Shown: piece after piece, positions 54,202 to 61,560 of the stretch
Position numbering within the stretch: position 1 is the stretch's first letter
How the letters are laid out: every line of letters begins with the position of its first letter
From: a virus
Lineage: Duplodnaviria > Caudoviricetes
Virus record (IMG/VR): IMGVR_UViG_3300032038_000060
Coordinates: 8,820 to 72,819 of that record
Direction: 5' to 3' (one strand)
Length of the DNA stretch: 64,000 nt
Program-made: the position numbers and the translations under genes
The notes under the pieces: model-generated
Database searches by the model: none
Seen by the model: the letters and a program-made list of their open reading frames with translations, nothing else
What the model was told of the DNA's origin: nothing

Positions 54202-54235
54202 GCCCTTGAAGTTGGAAAGATGAAACACTATATTG
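54202..54235 (+). promoter_or_regulatory. Putative phage late promoter (holin)
   Basis: GCCCTTG-N20-TATATTG. Confidence 0.7.
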
Positions 54236-54256
54236 CAGGCAAACAAGATAGAAACG

Positions 54257-54826
54257 ATGGTTATAAAACTCTTGGCGGCTATTGCCGCATCATACAATGA
54301 ATTTATGCAAGCGATGGCAGGCGTGACATGGACAGAGTGGATATGCCTTACCTTAGGAGGTCTCCTCGGATGGGTGATAGGCGAGTTTGCCCCCGCATTC
54401 CCGCTGCTGGCAGTAGCATTCCTCTTTGTGTTATACGATGCTTGGTCAGCTTTCGAGTTAGACAAGCGAGTACATAAGGTCTATCCCGACAAGGTAAAGC
54501 GCGAGCAGGCGAAGTTCGTCAGTTATAAATTCAGGTCCGTCATACCTACGCTCATCGAGCGCATGATAATCATCATCCTGGCATTCTGCTGCGAGCGTTG
54601 GGTCTTCGTACACGTCAGCGTACCATTCAGCTATATTGCAGCTGCCGTAGTCTGCGCGGAGCAGGCACTGAGCATTGCAGAGAACAAGGCATCATGCCGT
54701 CTGCCGGGCGACAAGCACGCAAGGCTGTGGAAGATGCTGGCGAAGGTGCTGATAGACAAGACGGAGAGGCACTTCGACATAGACCTCGGCCCTGAAGTCC
54801 ATAAAGAAGAATTTAAAGAGCAGTAA
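54257..54826 (+). CDS. Holin
   Basis: Three hydrophobic segments and EQALSIAEN. Start at the ATG at 54257. Confidence 0.7.
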   Translation: MVIKLLAAIAASYNEFMQAMAGVTWTEWICLTLGGLLGWVIGEFAPAFPLLAVAFLFVLYDAWSAFELDKRVHKVYPDKVKREQAKFVSYKFRSVIPTLIERMIIIILAFCCERWVFVHVSVPFSYIAAAVVCAEQALSIAENKASCRLPGDKHARLWKMLAKVLIDKTERHFDIDLGPEVHKEEFKEQ

Positions 54827-54845
54827 AGATTTTACAGCAGTTAGT

Positions 54846-54958
54846 TTTTTTCATACATGTTTTTGAAGGTTTTAGCCTTTTAAAGGTATTTAGGTTAGTT
54901 TTTTGGTTAGATTAGAAACGAAGAAGACCGCAGTCCGTGAGGATAGCGGTCTTTGCTT
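54846..54958 (+). terminator. Terminator with an upstream TTTTTTCATACATG motif and TCC-GTGA-GGA inner hairpin
   Basis: AAGACCGC..TCCGTGAGGA..GCGGTCTT. Shares TTTTTTCATACATGTTTTT with 21248. Confidence 0.55.
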
Positions 54959-55001
54959 TAAGGCTCATGTGCCAGCCTACCTGAGACATGGAGCCTGAAA
55001 C

Positions 55002-55322
55002 TCAAAATCCAAAGGCTTTGTCTATCTCCTCCTCGGTCTCGTCACGCTCCTCGGAACGTAAGTACTTCGGCGGCGGTATTGGGGTCAGCAGGAAGTCCGG
55101 CAGCCATGCCTCTTCATGCAGCCCGCCAAGACTATCGCAGAAATGTAACAGGACAAAATTGTTCTTGATGCCTATGCCCTCACCTTCACGGCCATGCCAG
55201 CGGTTAAGGAGCAGACGCACGGCATCGCGGAACTGATACTTTGTCTCAAACCCGTGTTCGAGGTGGTCACGCAGTGGCACGGAGTCCATGTTCTCCGCCA
55301 CGCGGTAATAATGCTTACTCAT
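55002..55322 (-). CDS. Hypothetical protein (106 aa)
   Basis: Start at the ATG at 55322 (MSKHYYR), directly behind module E. Confidence 0.65.
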   Translation of the reverse strand: MSKHYYRVAENMDSVPLRDHLEHGFETKYQFRDAVRLLLNRWHGREGEGIGIKNNFVLLHFCDSLGGLHEEAWLPDFLLTPIPPPKYLRSEERDETEEEIDKAFGF

Positions 55323-55337
55323 AATTTTTTCTTTTAT

Positions 55338-55517
55338 AAACAAAAACCAAGAAAACCCTTTTTGAAAGTTTCAGCACTGTCGTGCTTATACTCTGCTATC
55401 GTCATGAATGTGGTCGTAAGTAAACTTCCACCATCTTCCTGCCGATATCACGACCTATCCTAACGGAAGTTTAAACTTTCCAAAAGAAAAACCCTGCTGA
55501 CGCAGAAAAAACCTCTG
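55338..55517 (-). ncRNA. GGTTTTT-bracketed structured module E (candidate ncRNA or leader)
   Basis: GAGGTTTTT, hairpin CTGC/GCAG, GGTTTTT, closing stem GAAAGTTT/AAACTTTC, then GGGTTTTCTTGGTTTTTGTT. Confidence 0.5.
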
Positions 55518-55587
55518 CTTGCGTTCTTTCATTCTACTGTTGAGTCAGTCTGATGCACAATCTGTTTTTTTAGCGACTGGAAGGAGC

Positions 55588-55760
55588 GGGTTTTTCCTGA
55601 CAAGGCACTGCCTTACTGTAAGGAAGGTGCAGAGATTCGAGGAAGGGTGACATGGGAGCTCGCTCACGATGGCACAATTACTTGAAGCGCTGCAAGGTCT
55701 GAACAAGACCAGTGCCGATGGCAGGGGTTTTTTAGGTTTTTGTTTTCATTCGCAAAGGGG
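55588..55760 (+). ncRNA. GGTTTTT-bracketed structured module D
   Basis: Near-identical to module C at 3144-3314. Confidence 0.65.
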
Positions 55761-55762
55761 TC

Positions 55763-56176
55763 TTACTCATAAGGGATAAATTCAAACTTATCGTGCCACA
55801 TCCACAGCTTCCACCACACGTGACGGCGGGAGAGGTGCAGAGTATAGACAAGATCATGAGGATGTTCTTCCTTCACCACATGCAGGGCAAAGGGCTTTAG
55901 GAGATATTCGTAACCATCCTGCTGTCTCCAGCCGCAGTAGGTGCGTATGTGGCGTACCACCTTGGCAATGTCCTGCAGGCGCTTAACACTGGCAGGCAGA
56001 CTGTTGTCGTAGAGATTAGTGTCTTCACCCCATGCGAGGGTGTAGAGAGCAGCACGGGTGATGTATGCCTCATGTTCCTTGGGTCTCACCTCCAGGTAGC
56101 CACTCTCCTGATACTTCTGCAGCACCTTGAAGTAATCCAACCACGGCTGCAGGTTTTTGTGCTTTCTTCCAAACAT
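55763..56176 (-). CDS. Hypothetical protein (137 aa)
   Basis: Clean ORF in the leftward early block. Confidence 0.65.
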   Translation of the reverse strand: MFGRKHKNLQPWLDYFKVLQKYQESGYLEVRPKEHEAYITRAALYTLAWGEDTNLYDNSLPASVKRLQDIAKVVRHIRTYCGWRQQDGYEYLLKPFALHVVKEEHPHDLVYTLHLSRRHVWWKLWMWHDKFEFIPYE

Positions 56177-56258
56177 TTATTTAATTGAAAATTGATAATT
56201 GAGAATTGAAAATTATTCTATAACCTTTAACCGTTAACCGTTAACCTTTAACCATAAG

Positions 56259-56570
56259 TCACCATATCTCCATGATATCCGTATCCTTTGTGGGCGGTGG
56301 TGTTGCGATAGTGTCGTTGGCAGGTTGAGGGGTAGGGGACTCTATCGGTGTCGTATCATCTTCCCAGCGGTGGCCGTTGAGATAGCCCTGTGGGTAGCAC
56401 ATGCGTATGCCGTCGCGCTGACAAACGTTGCGGTATGCCCCGATGCCGTCGAGTGCCGCACGCTGGTCTTTTACTGACAGACGCTTCCAGGCACGTTCTG
56501 CCGCCATCTTGTCACGTTTCAGGGCGTAGGCATTCCAAAAGGTATTAAAGTCGCAAATTGATTCTTTCAT
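56259..56570 (-). CDS. Stand-alone domain resembling the C-terminus of phage replication organiser proteins
   Basis: FNTFWNAY..KMAAERAWKRL..YPQGYLNGHRWED. Confidence 0.6.
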   Translation of the reverse strand: MKESICDFNTFWNAYALKRDKMAAERAWKRLSVKDQRAALDGIGAYRNVCQRDGIRMCYPQGYLNGHRWEDDTTPIESPTPQPANDTIATPPPTKDTDIMEIW

Positions 56571-56639
56571 TTTCTCATTTCTTCATTCTTTCATTTCTCT
56601 AAAAAAACATTTTTCATTACTCTTTGTCAAGGGAGGATT

Positions 56640-56993
56640 TCATTTGTTAAAGTGAAATCCGTAGCGTTCCTGAAACATCTGGTCTATATGGTCGGGCACG
56701 CGGTCTTCACGCTGCTGCATGAGTTCGAGCTGACTGACATACGACTGGAGCAGGGCGGTAAAGTCGGGGTCGGGACTTTCGCTACCCTCGATATGGAACC
56801 GCTTCTGTGCATAACGCAGTTCGCAGACAAGGCGGTGGTGATGTGTGAACATTTCATGATTGCCCCATACCAGGAGCATAGCGCAGATGATGGCGCACTT
56901 CTCACGGCTAACAACAGATAGCCCTGCTTTAAGCGCAGCGTCGTACATAGCCTCGCGCTGCTTGAATTGTGGATTGTCTAATAGTGATTCCAT
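56640..56993 (-). CDS. Hypothetical protein (117 aa)
   Basis: Clean ORF. Confidence 0.65.
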   Translation of the reverse strand: MESLLDNPQFKQREAMYDAALKAGLSVVSREKCAIICAMLLVWGNHEMFTHHHRLVCELRYAQKRFHIEGSESPDPDFTALLQSYVSQLELMQQREDRVPDHIDQMFQERYGFHFNK

Positions 56994-57061
56994 TTTCTTC
57001 TTTTAGTTAAACTTTCGGAGGTCCCACGCGGGGAGGGCTCTGCGGCCCCTCCCGTGTAGTT

Positions 57062-57793
57062 TTACTTTCTGAGTTGTGTTACTTTGTACCTTTCCCATAA
57101 GCAATCCAAATTTAATTGTTCAACATCTATTTTAACAGGTTTTACCAGCCTATGCCAGTATTCGCCATATTTTCCTTTCTTCTTTATGTCGGTCATAATC
57201 TTCTTGCAAAACCTCTCGTAGTTATATATGCACTGGCCATTCATAATGCACTCATAGAAGTAACCGACGGCTTCCTCTGCGGTGTCCATGCTTTTGCGCT
57301 CACCCATCTGCAGGGTCTTCATACCGTACTGCATCAGGCAGGGATAGAGATACGTCTTCACGTGCTCGTTGATTTCCTGCATATCGGCAGTCTCAAAGTA
57401 GTGCTTTGTCATCAGCGCCTGGTCTGCTACGAGTTGGAGTTTCTTCTTACGCTCCTCCAGTGTGTCGGGCTTCATGCTGCTGTTGCGCTGCATGTAGTGC
57501 CAGTAGCCGCTCTTGTCTGTCAGCGTGAGGTTGTCGGCGGTGATATTATGGCAGTTGCCGTCCTTGTAAGTGATATAGTCCGTAGCCTTGTAGCCGCACT
57601 TCCACGTCTCTGCCACCAGTTTTGCAGCCTGCCAGTAGTGCATCCTCTTGTTTTGCATTATGTTAATGCGCACTGTTGCCTTGCGGCCATTCACAGTGGT
57701 AGCATATATAGCCTTCTTCGGCTTGCCGTTGTAGCGAAACTCAGCATCTGCGGACACCTCCAAACCAGGAACGCTCTTTACTTGTCGAAACAT
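57062..57793 (-). CDS. Degenerate NUMOD4/HNH-like N-domain fused to a helical C-domain
   Basis: AKLVAETW..YITYKDGNCHNITADNL; the catalytic His position carries Tyr. Confidence 0.6.
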   Translation of the reverse strand: MFRQVKSVPGLEVSADAEFRYNGKPKKAIYATTVNGRKATVRINIMQNKRMHYWQAAKLVAETWKCGYKATDYITYKDGNCHNITADNLTLTDKSGYWHYMQRNSSMKPDTLEERKKKLQLVADQALMTKHYFETADMQEINEHVKTYLYPCLMQYGMKTLQMGERKSMDTAEEAVGYFYECIMNGQCIYNYERFCKKIMTDIKKKGKYGEYWHRLVKPVKIDVEQLNLDCLWERYKVTQLRK

Positions 57794-57831
57794 AATCTCT
57801 TAATCTTTTAATCCCTTAATATCTTAATCCT

Positions 57832-59604
57832 TTAATCCCCCTTCACTCCTGCACTCCTGTGATAACCCTGTTTCAGATGGGGACGCACCCAGACTTCCTT
57901 GATAAACTTCTCCTTGCCTGAGCCACACCAGCGATGACTGATATAACCTCGGACGGGAATGATTCGATTTACGGTGATATCCGTGTACCAGTTTTCGTCG
58001 CGTATCACAATGTCCTTATCGTTTGCCGTGTCTATTTCCTCCTTCTCTGAATAATGCTGTTCCTGTGGCGAACCCTTACCTTCCTCTATAAGATGGTTGA
58101 CGGTAAGTTCCATGTCCTGTTCCATAGCAAGGAAGGAGACAACAATATTCCTAATGTGCGCAAACAGAACAGCACTGTCTGTACCAGACTCTTTCAGGGA
58201 GTGACACATGAAGTAATCTGTTCGGGGCATACTGACTATCTCCTGTGTGGAGTACGATTCATAGAACATCAGGCGTCCTTCACGTATGTATGCTACCACG
58301 ATTGTCAGCTGCTCACGCTTTCTGATATGATAGAGAATGGTGTCTTCGTGACCCTGGTTAGGAAATACCAGTACTCCGGTAACGAGGTCATCCTCCTTCA
58401 CCATGTTTTCTATCTTCTTGTTGCCGCGATAATAGTTCCTGCCACGGTTGATGAGCTCCTGGTAATACCCCTCTGTCATCACATAGGTCAGGGCCTTACC
58501 CTTGTGCAGCATCTTCATCAGTCGTGCAATGTTGCCCATCAGCCTATACCGCAGCCACGGCTCGTAGTCGTCGTCTATCATGGGCCAGTTCATTGTCAGC
58601 ATCTTGCGCTTGCCGCGAAGATATGGCAGGTGGGTATAACGCTGTTCTGCCTCGGTATCGAGGTCCAGTCCCTCCATCGGCTCATAGTCCTCGGCCACGT
58701 GTTCCTCAGGATTGGTGTACCGGGCTCTCTCTGCCTGTGCCTGACGTAAATCCTCGTTCAGCTTTGCCAATGTCTGCCCCAATGCCTGCAACTCGTCTGT
58801 ATGTGTTTCGGCGGGAGTCAGCTTTTGTTCAAGTTCTATTATCTCCGTTTCAAGGTTCTTTATCTCATCGCCCTCTGTTATGTCGGCATTCTTCACCACT
58901 TTCTCTGCCGCCTCTATGTCGTCGGCATACTTGTCTGCCAGCTGCCGCATATAGCGCTCCTCGAACTTGGAGGCTTTCTTCAGCACTACGTTCTTCGGCC
59001 AGATACCCTCGAATGTTCCGTCTGGATTCTCGTCAAGTATTGTGGTGCAGTTGTCTTCGTTGTTTGTATTGCCATACATATCGACGGCAAGGTAGTAGTG
59101 GTTCTCATCTCTGCATAGTGCCACGCCGTCCATTTCCTCTGCCCCCTTGATAGATGGCACATGGAAATGTACCACATCCATTTTCTCAGGGCGTATGCCG
59201 TTGAAGTGGAAGAGGGTTTGCCGTGCTGCTTTGAGGTGACTGAAGTCGTTATACTTGTTGCGGATTTCGCTTTTCTTTTCGAGATATGCCTTCCGGGCTT
59301 TCTTCTTCTGCAGTTCCTGATAGGCGCCTTTTATCTCATCCCTCTGTCTGCATAGCTCGTCAGACTGCGCCTTAGTCTGTTCTATCTCACTCTCTAATGC
59401 GGCAATCTTCCTGTCGATACCTGCTATTATCACTTCGCGGTTATGCTGTTCCTCACGCTGCCGCGACTCCAGTATCATCCGTTCCCGGTTTGCCTTACGC
59501 TCCTCACGCGGCAACCTTTCAGGTCTTGTGGGTTTGTTCACTGCTTCCAGGTCCACCTCACCCACCGGCTGCAGACCCAATGCTTGTTTCATTTTTTCTA
59601 ACAT
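57832..59604 (-). CDS. Hypothetical protein (590 aa) with coiled coils
   Basis: Long ORF with C-terminal VRGY..RW..G..VWVRPH. Confidence 0.75.
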   Translation of the reverse strand: MLEKMKQALGLQPVGEVDLEAVNKPTRPERLPREERKANRERMILESRQREEQHNREVIIAGIDRKIAALESEIEQTKAQSDELCRQRDEIKGAYQELQKKKARKAYLEKKSEIRNKYNDFSHLKAARQTLFHFNGIRPEKMDVVHFHVPSIKGAEEMDGVALCRDENHYYLAVDMYGNTNNEDNCTTILDENPDGTFEGIWPKNVVLKKASKFEERYMRQLADKYADDIEAAEKVVKNADITEGDEIKNLETEIIELEQKLTPAETHTDELQALGQTLAKLNEDLRQAQAERARYTNPEEHVAEDYEPMEGLDLDTEAEQRYTHLPYLRGKRKMLTMNWPMIDDDYEPWLRYRLMGNIARLMKMLHKGKALTYVMTEGYYQELINRGRNYYRGNKKIENMVKEDDLVTGVLVFPNQGHEDTILYHIRKREQLTIVVAYIREGRLMFYESYSTQEIVSMPRTDYFMCHSLKESGTDSAVLFAHIRNIVVSFLAMEQDMELTVNHLIEEGKGSPQEQHYSEKEEIDTANDKDIVIRDENWYTDITVNRIIPVRGYISHRWCGSGKEKFIKEVWVRPHLKQGYHRSAGVKGD

Positions 59605-59618
59605 AGTTATTGGTTTAT

Positions 59619-60101
59619 TTAATTTAACACTACATATTTTCCTTCAATGCCAGAGCATTTCAGGCGTCTATCACACTCTTCGCCCCATGCTACGAGACAG
59701 GAACCAAAAAACGGAGAACCAGACCGTCCGTCGGGGCGCAGGAATTTTACACGGCGGCGCATGAATATCATGGACTTTGCCGTAGGGAATATCACCTCCT
59801 GAAAGAGGAGGTTATCAACCTGATTCTTCAGGAGCGCTATGCCATTATCATGTGCTGCCATCTTCTCACAGAATTTGCGTAGGGGAGCGCGACTGTACGG
59901 AGGGTTCATCCATACCACGCCTCGCCAAGTGTGTTTCAGACCATCCTCTTCGATGTTATATGTCAGGGGCGCAATAGGGTAGGGCGGCTCCAATGGCGCA
60001 CACGGGTCGGTGTCAAAAGGACCAAGCTCGTCAATAATCCACCTCGGAGTGTACCATTCGTCAGAACTCACCACGGCATTATGTTGTGTCCTTGTGTCCA
60101 T
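59619..60101 (-). CDS. Phage N6-adenine methyltransferase (Dam-like)
   Basis: DEWYTP..FDTDPCA..WMNPPYS. Confidence 0.85.
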   Translation of the reverse strand: MDTRTQHNAVVSSDEWYTPRWIIDELGPFDTDPCAPLEPPYPIAPLTYNIEEDGLKHTWRGVVWMNPPYSRAPLRKFCEKMAAHDNGIALLKNQVDNLLFQEVIFPTAKSMIFMRRRVKFLRPDGRSGSPFFGSCLVAWGEECDRRLKCSGIEGKYVVLN

Positions 60102-60505
60102 TACTTACTTATCAGTTCCGGGTTATCGTGGATGTTGCCGATGACTTCTTTTTTCCAACCGTCTATCCAATGTTGAAAGAGTGGTGTTTCTGCATAGTCG
60201 CCTGTCATTGCGTCTTTTATGACTGTTGATACTCCTGCGAACAATGCGCCTTTTTCCAAATATTTTACAACGTGCCTAATTGAATTACTTTCCAGGATAT
60301 CCCCCTCGTAAATCTCCTTGCCATTCTTATCTAACAGCCCCGTAAACTGTCCGACGGTTTCAGGGTCCACCTGATAGTCATCCCAACTCTTGTTCGTAGC
60401 AAACTCATCCGGGCATACGAAATGCCATCCCCTGTTCTGCAGGTAAAAACCATGCAGCCACTCATTGTTCTTGCGGTTATATCCGCGAAATTTAATTGTT
60501 CTCAT
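60101..60505 (-). CDS. YopX-family protein
   Basis: IKFRG..VGQFTGLLDKNGKEIYEGDIL..EVIGNIHDNPEL. Confidence 0.9.
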   Translation of the reverse strand: MRTIKFRGYNRKNNEWLHGFYLQNRGWHFVCPDEFATNKSWDDYQVDPETVGQFTGLLDKNGKEIYEGDILESNSIRHVVKYLEKGALFAGVSTVIKDAMTGDYAETPLFQHWIDGWKKEVIGNIHDNPELISK

Positions 60506-60511
60506 AGTTTG

Positions 60512-61357
60512 TTATAGTTTTACATTAAAATACTTCTCAATGAATTCCTTGTAATTGGGGGGGGGTAAGAATTGGATTACTGTCTTGTGGTCATCCCATG
60601 CGTTTTGTTTGTCGAAGAATATTTCACGGACAAACCACTCATAGACATCGGCATATTTTTTCCACGTCTTGTTAGCAGGGTGACTGTCAATAAACCGCTG
60701 TGCCGCACGGATATACCCTTTGACCATACCAGGCATAGCACGAAAACTTTCACGTCGCCTGCGGTAGTACATCATAGGGCAGCACATACAGCCCAAACGG
60801 CGTTTCGGGTCTATGGTACCATCTTCGCGATAGTAAAGCGGATGTACCATGATACCGCGAGCCTCAATAAACTCTACAACGTCTTCGTCCGTCCAGTTAA
60901 GAATAGGATAGAAGGCTTCCACACCCTCCTTCTTTTTTCCTCGTCCATAGACACGGCACTCCGTAGGTTCCTCGTAGCGTTTGTTGCGATCAGTACTCTC
61001 AGCCTTACGAATGCCCATGATGCTACGGTCGAGTACCTTGTATTCCTTCAGCACCTTACAGCATGAGCGCTGAAAACGATTGGGGAATCCTACGCGGCCC
61101 ATGAACTGAAAGAAAGTCTCTTTGGGCCGTATCATTTCGGCCCCATTTTCCTGTGCATGTTTGATAGTGCCAGGTGGGTCAATGGTGGTATTCTTGTATA
61201 TGGCTCGATACTTTATGCCCGCCATACGAGCCAGCTCCAGTATCACGTCACTATCCTTACCGCCAGAATAGGCCACCTCCACGACGTGCCCATCCTTACC
61301 TGTAGCCTGTATCAGCTTGACGGCCTGGTTTACTTTATTCTGTAATTCTTCTGTCAT
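60512..61357 (-). CDS. PAPS-reductase-family (CysH/DndC-like) PP-loop protein
   Basis: AYSGGKDS, SCCKVLKE, GIRKAES, PILNWT, RLGCMCCP. Confidence 0.85.
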   Translation of the reverse strand: MTEELQNKVNQAVKLIQATGKDGHVVEVAYSGGKDSDVILELARMAGIKYRAIYKNTTIDPPGTIKHAQENGAEMIRPKETFFQFMGRVGFPNRFQRSCCKVLKEYKVLDRSIMGIRKAESTDRNKRYEEPTECRVYGRGKKKEGVEAFYPILNWTDEDVVEFIEARGIMVHPLYYREDGTIDPKRRLGCMCCPMMYYRRRRESFRAMPGMVKGYIRAAQRFIDSHPANKTWKKYADVYEWFVREIFFDKQNAWDDHKTVIQFLPPPNYKEFIEKYFNVKL

Positions 61358-61375
61358 AGTCTCAATCTTTAATAT

Positions 61376-61522
61376 TCAAATACTCTTTGCAATCTCACTC
61401 AGCATACTGGCAGCCTTTGTAAGTTCCTCTGCAGACACACCTGCAGAAGCCGCTCTTCTGCAAAACTCCTTGCGCTCATCGTCAGACGCATTGATAAATT
61501 CATGTATAAGTCTGTCTATCAT
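61376..61522 (-). CDS. Small helical protein (48 aa), paralog of 24991-25170
   Basis: EFINASDDERKEF..GVSAEEL..EIAKSI. Confidence 0.55.
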   Translation of the reverse strand: MIDRLIHEFINASDDERKEFCRRAASAGVSAEELTKAASMLSEIAKSI

Positions 61523-61560
61523 AGTTCTTTTTAAACTTTTCAATGTTCAATGCTCAATGT

